A stretch of 45,641 nt of DNA from Octopus bimaculoides (GCF_001194135.2 NC_068985.1:100575400-100621040); one strand, 5' to 3'. Positions 13,183 through 24,869 are shown, counted from the first letter of the stretch. Numbers and translations: made by a program. The notes: a model not told the origin generated them from the sequence alone.

Positions 13183-14415
13183 GCGCTGTCTTTTTGAGAT
13201 TTTACTGTTTAACGTATCTCTTGTGTCAATAATAGTATTTGTTTTTCATTTTTTTTTAGAGCTTGCTTCATTAACTAAAGTGGCCGATTATTCGTTATTA
13301 ATTAATATTTGAGTATCTACAATAATTACCCTATTTAATTATACATATGCGAATATAATTTGGAAAGCTTGTTACAGAAGGTAATTTGACTGTAAGTTCT
13401 TTAAATCATTGGGTGCACTCACAACACCCGCGCAAATTTCAGTGTTTGTTGCAGTTTTCGTGTATAATGTGGTCAGAAACATAAACGTACACCTACAGAC
13501 ATACGAACACACATACACACGGACGTATATTTATAGAAGTATATATGTAGATATATGTTTATCTCTATGTACGTGTATGCATGTACGTATATGAGTGTAT
13601 GTATATATGTGTGTGTGTTATGTATGTATTATTCTGTTTGTTTCCTGCTTGAGTGTATTTTGTGTGTGTGTGCGTACATAAAGAAGCGTGTGTGCATGCA
13701 TGTGTGTATGTATGTGATTGTGTGGGTGTCAATCTAGGGGTGAGTGTTTTGTTTTTGTAGTACCTATGTGCTGTGCATCAAGGTATATATATTAAGTAGT
13801 CAGACAGTTTGTCTATGATGTTGACCTTGTCGTTGTGTCTTCTTTACAGTTTAAGTTATTCAATATCACTATTCCCCATGGTATAAAGTCCAAAGCAACG
13901 CTATTCAGCGTTGCCTGTTTATCTCTTCACAAAGGAAAGAAAAAAAGCTAATGGAATAATCAAATTATATTTGCAGCACTGGCAAGAATTCAACAGAGTG
14001 TCTTTCATCTTGTATTTTGTTTGTTTTTTTGTTTCTTACTTTTATATTTTTTTATTTTTTATTTCACTCTTCATCTACCCTAAAATGTAATTATTGCTTC
14101 TAGAATAAGTAGATAAAAAAAGAAAAGAAACAAAATAAAGCGTGATTCAACAAAAACAAACAAAAACAAAATAGCGTTAAAATAAAACACAATAAAGGCA
14201 ACAAAAAGCTAAGACAAGAATAAAACGATACCAAAATGACACGAAAATATTCAAATAATGCAGCCGACATTTTTTAGCAGTTTTTTAAAAATATTATTTT
14301 ATTTTCTTCTTCTTCTTCTTCTTCTTCTTCTTCTTGCATTATTCCTTCCACATCCTTCGTAACACAGAAATCTTTACTAATATGTTTATCTATCGGTTTT
14401 TATGTGCGCGTGTGA

Positions 14416-14450
<35 letters not shown>

Positions 14451-15186
14451 TATACACATACATATACATACACATACATACACATGTATATGTGTGCGTG
14501 TGTGTGTAAGTGTATATATATATATGCATGTGTGAGCATATATGTATATATGTGTGCGTGTGTATGTGTATGTGTGTGTGAGTGTGTGTGTAAATGCGTG
14601 AGTGTGGACATGTGTGTATGTGTATAAAAAACGAAAGACTACTCACACACATACACACGTCCGCACACATGAATTGCTGGCCTCAAATATTTTAGTATTC
14701 CTGAAAAAATAAAAATGGCTTCAAAAAATATACTGACAAAATAAAAGAATAAAATAAAATATGTAAACACAAACAATCAAACAAATACAAAGCATAAACA
14801 TTAAGAAAGCAATAAACAACTTCTTTATACAAAATTTTGTCTGAAGTAACCAAGTTTAATAAGTAAAGCAACACAATAAAGTCATTCTCAAGTCAGTTCA
14901 TTGAATCGTTTATAAGAAAAATAATTTGTTATAAAGATATATATCTAATCAAGCGTCAATTACCCATGTGTAGTCACCAAGTAGCGCAACTACTTATACA
15001 CCAACATACTATCGTGTATATATACGCAAGTGTGCATAATTTCAGTCAGATATAAGCGTAAGATCCCTTGACGAATTTCAGAGCGTGCATATACTTACTT
15101 ATATAAGATGCGTACAAAGAGACGTATGAACACACATGCCAGTATAGATCAGTGTGTGTGTGTGCGTGTGCTTGTGTATCGATGTC

Positions 15187-15223
<37 letters not shown>

Positions 15224-15288
15224 CGTCGGTAAAAACCCATGAATTCGAAAGAAGAACCGTAATCTAAGATTTAGAGCAGTATACATTA

Positions 15289-15557
15289 AAATGGGAAATA
15301 CCGGTATATGGGATTACCTTAGACTTCCCGCCAATAAAGGACTAAACTTTATGACCTATCCTCAGGTCCCAAAAACGTGTTGATCCAAGATCTCTCAAAG
15401 ATATTGAGGAGGAAATGCCTGGCTGTGCCGCCATCGTGTGTGCTCCATTTTTAAGGTCTGGTTTCAATAGACTTTTGGGATCTGACGATCCGCCATAAAA
15501 TAAAACCTTTATGGACGGGGAATCGAAGGTAGTACCATAAACCGGCCTTTCTCATTT
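15289..15557. mobile_element. Old non-autonomous TIR element (MITE-like), unclassified
   Basis: 15289-15340 aligns without gaps to the reverse complement of 15506-15557 at 41 of 52 positions by hand; non-coding interior. Confidence 0.6.
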
Positions 15558-16048
15558 CCAATATATGTATTGAACTGTTTTTATATGCATACACACACAC
15601 ATATTTGTATACGTATATGTATGTATGATTATATGTATGTATACACACATACACACATATATGTGTATATGTATGCATGTGTGTGAGGCAGTCGACTGAC
15701 GCTGCACATGTGTGTATATATATATGTGTTTGTGTATACAACATCGGGTCGCGGTTGTTTTTTTCTTTTCTTAAACATGCACTGTAGGATGACATGTCAC
15801 GTGCATTTCTATTCGGAGATTCCGAACACAGTAGTTTTTCGATGCTCAGAATTGTAGCTCTTTCGAATCACTCTCTGCAACAGTTCTCGAGTTGCAATCT
15901 TTTTTTACGAGAGTTGCAAGTTCACCTACTGCAGAAACACTATTTGAGGGTCGTTCATCAGACTTTTCTACCTGGAGACAACATTTAATACCTACTTACG
16001 CAGCGAGCAGACATACACGCACACATAAAGATATATTATACATAGTCA

Positions 16049-17090
16049 GGTGCAGGCGTGGATGTGGGGCAAGACGCATGCTTCCCAACCACATGGTTTC
16101 GGGTTCAGGCCCACTGCGTGGCGCTTTGGGCGAGTATCGCCTACTACAGCCTCNNNNNNNNNNNNNNNNNNNNNNNNNNNNNNNNNNNNNNNNNNNNNNN
16201 NNNNNNNNNNNNNNNNNNNNNNNNNNNNNNNNNNNNNNNNNNNNNNNNNNNNNNNNNNNNNNNNNNNNNNNNNNNNNNNNNNNNNNNNNNNNNNNNNNNN
16301 NNNNNNNNNNNNNNNNNNNNNNNNNNNNNNNNNNNNNNNNNNNNNNNNNNNNNNNNNNNNNNNNNNNNNNNNNNNNNNNNNNNNNNNNNNNNNNNNNNNN
16401 NNNNNNNNNNNNNNNNNNNNNNNNNNNNNNNNNNNNNNNNNNNNNNNNNNNNNNNNNNNNNNNNNNNNNNNNNNNNNNNNNNNNNNNNNNNNNNNNNNNN
16501 NNNNNNNNNNNNNNNNNNNNNNNNNNNNNNNNNNNNNNNNNNNNNNNNNNNNNNNNNNNNNNNNNNNNNNNNNNNNNNNNNNNNNNNNNNNNNNNNNNNN
16601 NNNNNNNNNNNNNNNNNNNNNNNNNNNNNNNNNNNNNNNNNNNNNNNNNNNNNNNNNNNNNNNNNNNNNNNNNNNNNNNNNNNNNNNNNNNNNNNNNNNN
16701 NNNNNNNNNNNNNNNNNNNNNNNNNNNNNNNNNNNNNNNNNNNNNNNNNNNNNNNNNNNNNNNNNNNNNNNNNNNNNNNNNNNNNNNNNNNNNNNNNNNN
16801 NNNNNNNNNNNNNNNNNNNNNNNNNNNNNNNNNNNNNNNNNNNNNNNNNNNNNNNNNNNNNNNNNNNNNNNNNNNNNNNNNNNNNNNNNNNNNNNNNNNN
16901 NNNNNNNNNNNNNNNNNNNNNNNNNNNNNNNNNNNNNNNNNNNNNNNNNNNNNNNNNNNNNNNNNNNNNNNNNNNNNNNNNNNNNNNNNNNNNNNNNNNN
17001 NNNNNNNNNNNNNNNNNNNNNNNNNNNNNNNNNNNNNNNATTCGAAAGAGCTACAATTCTGAGCATGGAAAAACTACATACATACATACA

Positions 17091-17184
<94 letters not shown>

Positions 17185-17400
17185 TGTGTGTCTTTCTGTC
17201 TCTGTTTGTCTCCTACCACCCCCATCGCGTGATAACTGATGTTGGTGTATTTACGTCCCTGTAACTTAGCTATTCAGTAGAGGTAAGCGATGAAATAAGT
17301 AGCAGGCTTACAAAGAATAAGTCCAAGGGTCAATTTCTTCGACTAAAAGGCGTGCTCCGACATAGCCCCAGTCAATTGACTGAGACAAGTAAAAGAGTAA
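16049..17400 (+). mobile_element. tRNA-derived SINE (40786 family) split by an assembly gap: head 16049-16153, 3' half ~17186-17400
   Basis: GGTGCAGGCGTGGATGTGG..GGGTTCAGGCCCACTGCGTGG before the gap; TTTACGTCCCTGTAACTTAGC..TGACTGAGACAAGTAAAAGAG after it; both match 40786-41244. Confidence 0.7.
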
Positions 17401-17544
17401 AATAATACATATATATGTATACGCATACGCATATGCAAACTACTTTATGTTTTTGCTAGTTTCAGGTCGAGGGGTGCGGCCATACAGGGGCACCACCATT
17501 AGATTTCTACACTTGTATGACTTGAAAACCTTCTCTGATATGTG

Positions 17545-18050
17545 GTATTTGGTGAAGGAGAGAAAATTGTTGTTACCGTCGTGAGGTAGGTTCATCTAGC
17601 ACTGTTGATAGGAGCTGATTCAGTATTGTTTTGAAGACAACATCCACCAAATGTAGGTCATCGAAGCATTTTGGGACGATATTGAAAATTTGTCATAGTA
17701 TCTGATCTTGTATCTTAATGGTGATTTTGGGATCTTCGCACTCTGTAGTGGCGATACGTTCTTGTGTTTGTGTAACACAATTCAAAAATTTGGTGTAAAT
17801 TACTTTCAGGATTTTCCAAATGTATTTCACTGTATATCTTTCCAGCATACGTTCTAGTGAATAGTGTCTCAATTTCTTCAGGCTTTCGCAGTAGCTGAAC
17901 AGTCACATTGAAATGATCTCCTTCGTGCAGCTTCGCTGGATTGCTTCGAGTTTCGCCGTTAATTTTACATTGCCTAGTGACCGTAGATGAGAGTTTCTTC
18001 TGTCGTTCTGAAAGATCTATGGATGCACAAGTCACAGACGAAAATAGTCC
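17545..18050 (-). mobile_element. 3' fragment of a CR1-like LINE ORF2 (C-terminal to the RT domain), degenerate
   Basis: Minus strand reads HRSFRTTEETL..GNVKLTAKLEAIQRSCTKEIISM*LFSYCESLKKLRHYSLERMLERYTVKYIWKILK..QIFNIVPKCFDDLHLVDVVFKTILNQLLSTVLDEPTSRR. The LE.IQR...K, Y.ERL..L.L.SLERRR and FK..LD motifs are typical of CR1-group ORF2 tails. The track ORF 17715-18056 is mostly an alternative frame. Confidence 0.8.
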
Positions 18051-18162
18051 ATACAACTAAAAATTCCGTGACACATTTCTGTGTTTTTGAACACGACACG
18101 TATATAAGAGATGCTATCATGTGACGAATATCGCAGTTTAACCGACTTTCAACGACGTATCC

Positions 18163-18241
18163 ACACAATTCACTTTTTTGATACACAATTCGCGTTTTTG
18201 ATACACAATTCGCTTTTCTGATACACAATTAGCTCTTTTGA
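18163..18241. repeat. 20-bp minisatellite, about 4 copies (ACACAATTCGCTTTTTTGAT-like)
   Basis: ACACAATT recurs at 18163, 18183, 18203 and 18223. Confidence 0.9.
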
Positions 18242-19179
18242 ACTACTAGTCCTGTTTCTCATGTAATTGCTTGTATATAGCAATCGTGTTCAAGTGGTGC
18301 TCAATTATTTGTGTACAAGTGTTAATGCAAAAGGTTTATAATAAATATTTATATGGAAGATAAGTCTAGAGGAGCCTGAAGACTTTATAAGTTGCGTTAA
18401 ATGGCTTCTGCAAAGTTGCATATTTCAATAAGTCGGCATGTTAAGGATTATATTCAAAAGGCATTACAATCAGTTTTATGGAATAACCGCTTTGCCAATA
18501 ATTTGCGTAACATCAAAGAAATCCTCAAGACAATTAGTTTGAAACACATCGACAACGCGTAGTTAACGATAACAAAATTACGAAATTGTCAATTAAAAGC
18601 AAAAGATTATTTATTACTAACAGCGTAAAATCCATTTGTTGAAAGCCATCAAATCCCTATTAGACATTATCAGTGATGCCAAATAGTCCCCAATTACCTG
18701 CTGTTTCGAGATTTTATCAGCCAATTGATAAATGTTCATAATTCTTTTGATTCTTTTTCTTGATGTGTATAGTTTTGTTAAGAAGCCAATAAATGTTTAC
18801 TTTCGGTTATATTCGGGTGTATGGCATTTATATCTCCGGAAACCTCTTCTTGAATACCGTTACAAGCATTCTTTACCTATCATATTAAAGGCGACACCTT
18901 TCCGGTAGGTTTGTTCTCACTTTTGGTGAACTCCATCCTGATTGAAAATATCTAAACCATCCACATCTGGAATATACTAACGTTCAACGACTTTTTATAA
19001 ATACGACCAAAATTTAGTGCAAAGACTGAGCCCGTCTAATATCATTGATTAGGATTATTCAAGACTTGATAATCTTATTCAGCACGTTATGTCTGGTTTG
19101 CAGTGAACGTTTCCACACTAGAAGAGATTTCTTTAGTCACGGTTGTAGTTAGGATCATATTCCATTTTTGGATATACAC

Positions 19180-19640
19180 AGGGCAGTAAAATGTAATCTG
19201 GTTAAAGGTAATAGTCGGCGCCCATCATGGCATCGAAGAAGCCAAGCAGCGATAGCTGTTCCTGTATTGAAGTCTCCTGAAATGTCATTGAGAATTGGTC
19301 ATAGAATTCTTCCTTTGTGTCTTGTTTAAGAAAGAGGAACGAGACATAGACACCGATAAGTTCGAAAGGCCCATCGAAGGGAGAAAAACCACTTAGCCCT
19401 TCTCTCGTCAGGCTCTTAATATATTTAGCAGTGAATTACTCACATGCAAGACAAGATCACCCTGTTTAGCCTCGTCTATGCTATTTTCCTGCTAGGCAAA
19501 CATACAGTCTCTTCTATAAAAGGTGACACTTGTAGAGTTTCTATGTCTACTTGAAATGTTAGCTGGACGTTGTTGATTAATGCAGTGTTTCGTACGTCAT
19601 TGAACTTCAGGAGATTGTAGGATGATCCAGTGTTCATCCT
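19180..19640 (-). mobile_element. Heavily decayed RTE-like LINE endonuclease (APE) fragment
   Basis: Minus-strand pieces RNTALINNVQLTFQVDIETLQ and KEEFYDQFS..QLSLLGFFDAHDG resemble the RTE APE motifs RRTAL..VDIAAL and KFYE..L..LGDFNARVG; many stops. Confidence 0.45.
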
Positions 19641-20584
19641 TTGTAAACTCCAGCAACTTAATCAGAGTGATAGCTTTGTTTGTTGTCGTCTTGTTATGTG
19701 TGTCTGGTGTAGTACTTTCCATTGCACATAGTGGAGATTTGATTGGTTGATAACTAAATGATAGGTATCCACCGAGTGAGATTGCGCCTTGTCTCCAGTA
19801 ATACCCATTGATTTCTCTTTCCTTCAAAATCTGCCCCTCATGTCTTGCCTCATGCCAATTTGAGTATAAGCTAATAACCGTTAAACCGCTGCTTTCTCTG
19901 TTGTACCATGATGGTGAGACAATGCAGAAGTATCATCTCTAGGTTTCAAGTCCAGTCAGGCTTATTTTCTGGGTCGGAGCAGATCTGTATCTCTTCTTCT
20001 TGGCATCTCTTCGCTTACGAAGATTAGGAAGACTGTTGTCCACGTCGTCTGAATGTTCGTTCGTGGCTGATAAGGATTATATCTATATCTGTTTATAAGT
20101 GTGACTGTGTGTGTGTATGTGTGCTTGTACGTGAGTGAGTGTGTGTGCTTGTGTGTGCATGCGTGTGTAAAGTTTCGACGAAATAGTTACCTTAAATATG
20201 TCATAACGATAACGATGAAAAAATTAAGCTACTACAGTTGATTCTTTTGCATATTTTGTATTTTATTCAGCCTGGTGGCATGTTTGCAACTACATTCGAT
20301 TGTTTCGTCATTATTTTTCACTAATTCTATAAACTTCAGACTGACTGATGTGATTTTCTGATAAGCTGCAAAGCGACAAAATGTGCAGTCACTTCCACAA
20401 CGACTCCATTTCGTCCCGCTCTGAATTATATCATGTTTTCCACAGTAAGTCTACAGACAGCACACTTTATCAGAGGACTACTGTAGCCAATCACATTTCA
20501 GTTACATATATACGTGAAGTGTCATACACATGCATACATACACAACACACAAACACACACATCTATATATAAAGTGGTATTTCG

Positions 20585-20882
20585 TTGGCCACGACGGTAG
20601 ACTAGGATCCCAGATGATCCGATCAAAGGATCACACGCTTCGTAAGATTAATATGTTAGAGGCCGAGTGCTCCATAGACATGCGTAACTATCTTAGTTCT
20701 GAGGGAGATTCAACTTGACCCATAGCGTGAAAAGGTTAACCCTTAGAAATGCTGGTACTACTCGTTTTTACCATCTGAGTGGACTGGACTTACGTGAAAG
20801 AATATGTTTACTTACTTCCGTCGGGGATCGTACAAACAACCTTTAGGTTGGGATCCGAATAACCTAACCACTTACCCTCACG
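20585..20882 (-). mobile_element. Diverged SINE, same family as 39241-39413
   Basis: GATCCGATCAAAGGA..GAGTGCTCCATAGACATGCGTA..TAGTTCTGAGGGAGATTC parallels GATCAACGGA..GAGCACTCCACCGACACGTGTA..TAGTTCTCGGGAAGATT at 39.3 kb. tRNA-like head remnant on the minus strand near 20880. Confidence 0.6.
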
Positions 20883-20952
20883 CCTATGTATGTATGTATG
20901 TATGTATGTATGTATGTATATATGTATGTATGTATGTATGTATGTGGGTGTT

Positions 20953-20985
<33 letters not shown>

Positions 20986-22962
20986 NNNNNNNNNNNNNNN
21001 NNNNNNNNNNNNNNNNNNNNNNNNNNNNNNNNNNNNNNNNNNNNNNNNNNNNNNNNNNNNNNNNNNNNNNNNNNNNNNNNNNNNNNNNNNNNNNNNNNNN
21101 NNNNNNNNNNNNNNNNNNNNNNNNNNNNNNNNNNNNNNNNNNNNNNNNNNNNNNNNNNNNNNNNNNNNNNNNNNNNNNNNNNNNNNNNNNNNNNNNNNNN
21201 NNNNNNNNNNNNNNNNNNNNNNNNNNNNNNNNNNNNNNNNNNNNNNNNNNNNNNNNNNNNNNNNNTGTCTGTGTGTGCATATACATATATATATATATAG
21301 ATGCAAAATCTGCGTAAGCAAATTAATAAACACTGTTCGCTTAAACAAAAACATTTACACACATCTCAAAAATGTCGTTCTAGAAAATATAGTGATGACG
21401 TATTCGTCTAAGACGTAGGTGACAATTAAGTTAAGAGTGTCTACAGTGAAAATCAATAATAATGATCACTTACATTTTCACGAGACCACAAATTGTATGC
21501 GAAGACATATATAGCGTAAGAAACCTAAAATATAGTCTTCAGAGACGACAGATAACTTTTATATTTTATATTTTACCTATTATGAAAAGATGAATTGGCA
21601 CACTCAGTACAAAGGAGAACCTACTCAGAAAGGTATGAAGTGGCATACCCAAAGAACTGAATGGACACATTATTAACACTGTCCCTCCTCTTTATGGAAA
21701 ACATACATCGAAGTCTGAGTGGGAAGCAACAAAAAAAAAATATTGAATATTTTACAGTGTTTAGTTCCCAATTGAAACGATATCATTCATTCGATATCAT
21801 TCATTTGATATCTTCAGATAATGACGAAGAAACAACCAGTTGTCTGGTATGAATTAGAAAGAATCCATTAAATACAATCTGCCTTCCGATTTCGACATTC
21901 ATTCTTTATTGTTTTCTTTGAATTATTTCATTCGAGGAACTACACTAATTGGGTCACTACATTCAATATATTTGGTCGATTTTAGCATATCTTGTACCAT
22001 GTCTGGCACTTGTTTTATCGATCTAGGAAAGGATTAATATCAAATCAATCTTTACATAATTGGACATAACACAACACCGCAAGTTTGTCTTTTAATTGAA
22101 GTAAACATTTTGTTAATTAAATCTTGATATACACACCTATTTGCCTTAGCATGCATTTCGTTGTGGATACTTGGCACTAATATCATTAAAAACAAACCAA
22201 AAATAAATAGAATAAAAAAAGGAAATATGTATTAACAATTCCACTACCAATGTTAGACAAATTTCTTTTGATGATAATACATTTCTGTGCTTTTTAGCAT
22301 TATTGAAGATGCTTTCTTAGGAAAAATACTGCAACATGACTGAGTTAAATATGATATACTTGACTCATGTCAATTTTGAACGCTACATGTAACGCAGTTG
22401 CATGATCAGCTTATTGGTGATAAAACGGATATCGTGAAAATTTGCATGGCAGGCAAAACGGTTTGTGGACATCCTCAAATGTTAAACATTAAATAGCCAA
22501 AAGGAAGTTAAACTCCAGAAAGCAACAACCGTCTAATAGGCTGATATATTAAATCCACTTACTTGTATTTAATCGTTAACGAGAATCTTCGTGACAGAAG
22601 GGTACTCATATATGAAATTTGCGGTATGTGCAGACTCTACTCATCTTAAAAAAATGTTTCTTGCCTCTTAATAGCCACAAGCGTATAGAAACAAATAATG
22701 AGAATGTGCAAGAGATTATCATCATAAACGTTGCTCTCCGAGTAGTGCTTTAGTAGGTGGAAAATATTGAATTTAGCTAACTTCATTAACGAGGCTGTAG
22801 ATTATGATGTGCGAATGTATGATGGGTTAGTGCTAAACTGAGTCCTGGTTGCTGAACGATTGAAACCTCTCATAAACCTAAATCACATCCGTAATGGTGT
22901 GTCTAAGTACATGAGATGATTGTGGCTGAAGAAATTAACAGCATGTATCCCTCCCTAACATC

Positions 22963-23322
22963 CCAATAGAAGAGAATATGACCAAAGACTGCGTGTACTC
23001 CATCCCATGCAGCTGTAGTAGGTTATACAATGGCGAAAAATGCCGCCCCCTCAAAATAAGGATAGACGAACATCGCAAAGCTGTGACACGAGGAGATATT
23101 GATAAATCGGGTTTAGCTGACCATGTATGGAAAAATGGAGACCACCTCCCCCTGTGGGATGAATTTAAAATAATAGACAGAGAACACCACTGGAAAATAC
23201 GAAGACTAAAAGAAGCAGCACATATGCTACGACTCAACAACCTCCTAAGCAGACCGAGTGCAGATATGAGCAGCATATGAGAGCCGTTGTTAAGGAATGA
23301 TAGAAAAATATTAGATTTATAA
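22963..23322 (+). mobile_element. 5'-truncated Penelope-like retroelement: C-terminal GIY-YIG endonuclease with one premature stop
   Basis: MTKDCVYSIPCSCSRLYNGEKCRPLKIRIDEHRK..KSGLADHVWKNGDH..KIIDREHHWKIRRLKEAAH matches the PLE GIY-YIG pattern (VY.IPC.C...Y.GET.R.L..R..EH, S..A.H...H, R..KE). The frame continues past TGA at 23278-23280 (a likely Trp codon) as EPLLRNDRKILDL to TAA at 23320-23322. Confidence 0.9.
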
Positions 23323-23351
23323 GCCCTAAAATTCAATCTATAATTTCCTAC

Positions 23352-23594
23352 GGGCATATGGCGTAGTGGTTAAGAACGCGCGCTACTAACACCAAGATTC
23401 CGAGATCGATTCCGAGCAGTGACCTCAACAACAACAATAATAATAATAACAATAACAACAACAATAACATCGGAATGAGAACCAAGGTTCGAAATTTCCC
23501 CAAGACACCTGAAGAAGGCTGGAGGGTATATCAGCCGAAACGTTGTGTTAACAACAAACAAGATGAGGACAAATATCCGTTGAATGTAAATAAT
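23352..23594 (+). mobile_element. PLE terminal (pLTR-like) module, copy 1: tRNA-like head + (AAC/AAT)n + hammerhead + tail
   Basis: Head 23352-23425 has A-box TGGCGTAGTGG, D-stem GCGT/ACGC and B-box-like GAGATCGATTCC. Microsatellite 23426-23468, hammerhead 23504-23549, tail ending ATGTAAATAAT, the same end as copy 2. Confidence 0.8.
23504..23549 (+). ncRNA. Minimal type I hammerhead ribozyme
   Basis: Stem I GACAC/GTGTT, core CTGAAGA plus one extra A, stem II GGCTG/CAGCC with a 10-nt loop, GAAA, palindromic ACGT in place of stem III, GUU cleavage triplet. Confidence 0.75.
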
Positions 23595-23604
23595 CGGTCC
23601 AACC

Positions 23605-23678
23605 ATTTGACCGTGAAGAGGGAAAAAACAAACGACCGGACAGACAGACGGACACAACGCCCATTATAGTAAGATAAG
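23605..23678 (+). mobile_element. Possible 3' end of a Helitron/Helentron-like non-autonomous repeat
   Basis: GGACAGACAGACGGAC microsatellite followed by a TATAGTAAGAT end, an architecture recalled for HINE/DINE-like elements; fragment only. Confidence 0.3.
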
Positions 23679-24396
23679 TGACTCGCCTCCAATTTGTCTA
23701 TTTGATAAGATGATTGGTTATGTCATTTGATTTGTCCTTCCTTGTCTTCTGTTTAATGTAGTTAGTCATCGTTACGTAAAAGAGGTCAGGAGAAAAATTA
23801 TTGCAAAAAGAATACACAAATAAATGTCTGCAGAGATTTAATAGACATAATATTTTGGAATTTAATACAGCCCAATCCTTGTAAAAGCGCAGATAATGAA
23901 TTTCAGTTTGATTTTACATCAGAGGTATGATGATAAATATTTGTTTAAAATCTGAATCGTTGTCTAATGAAAGCGTTGCAAATGCCTGAAGTGTGAGTCT
24001 GATAGCGCGTGCTCACAACTGCATATAGATACATACTCGTAGATATATGCACAGATGTATACTAATGTGTGCCTACGTATGCGTGAGAGTTTGTATGTGT
24101 ATGCATATGTGGTTGATGTGTATGTGAATCTGTGGCTATTGGCAGAGATGACCTCATGAGCAACCTCGAATTTATTGCTGAACTATCTGGCTTTATCAAT
24201 TTAGTAACACGAAGATCCTTTGGTCTTCTCAATAGATATTTATTTTATCGAAAGTTAACTTATATACATTATATCTTGCGCGCGCGCGTGTGCGTGTGTG
24301 TGTGTGTGTGTGTAAGAATCTATATATTTATATATATATAATATATACGTCTAAATACATGTATACAAGTGTATTTGTGTGTATATACGTGTATTG

Positions 24397-24455
<59 letters not shown>

Positions 24456-24812
24456 NNNNNNNNNNNNNNNNNNNNNNNNNNNNNNNNNNNNNNNNNNNNN
24501 NNNNNNNNNNNNNNNNNNNNNNNNNNNNNNNNNNNNNNNNNNNNNNNNNNNNNNNNNNNNNNNNNNNNNNNNNNNNNNNNNNNNNNNNNNNNNNNNNNNN
24601 NNNNNNNNNNNNNNNNNNNNNNNNNNNNNNNNNNNNNNNNNNNNNNNNNNNNNNNNNNNNNNNNNNNNNNNNNNNNNNNNNNNNNNNNNNNNNNNNNNNN
24701 NNNNNNNNNNNNNNNNNNNNNNNNNNNNNNNNNNNNNNNNNNNNNNNNNNNNNNNNNNNNNNNNNNNNNNNNNNNNNNNNNNNNNNNNNNNNNNNNNNNN
24801 NNNNNNNNNNNN

Positions 24813-24869
<57 letters not shown>

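Noticed and set aside
13895-13914. 8-bp hairpin GCAACGCT-ATTC-AGCGTTGC
   Set aside because: Short enough to arise by chance in 45 kb; no supporting context.
15892-17264. Long ORFs of 334-446 aa in the track (also 20804-21418, 24290-24949, 32003-32567, 38653-39048, 9946-10269)
   Set aside because: They are open only because they run through N gaps and dinucleotide or tetranucleotide repeats; no real coding signal.
18163-18241. CRISPR-like array or other prokaryotic system
   Set aside because: Eukaryotic repeat landscape; this repeat, like the other tandem repeats in the window, has no unique spacers, and there are no cas-like ORFs.
21818-21846. Possible 29-nt microexon (TTCAG/ATAATGACG..GTCTG/GTATGA)
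   Set aside because: Splice-like motifs are frequent in AT-rich DNA; there is no recognisable peptide and no partner exons. It needs RNA-seq.
23352-23425. Functional tRNA gene
   Set aside because: Acceptor and anticodon stems do not pair properly and there is no T-run terminator; it is a repeat-associated tRNA-like head.
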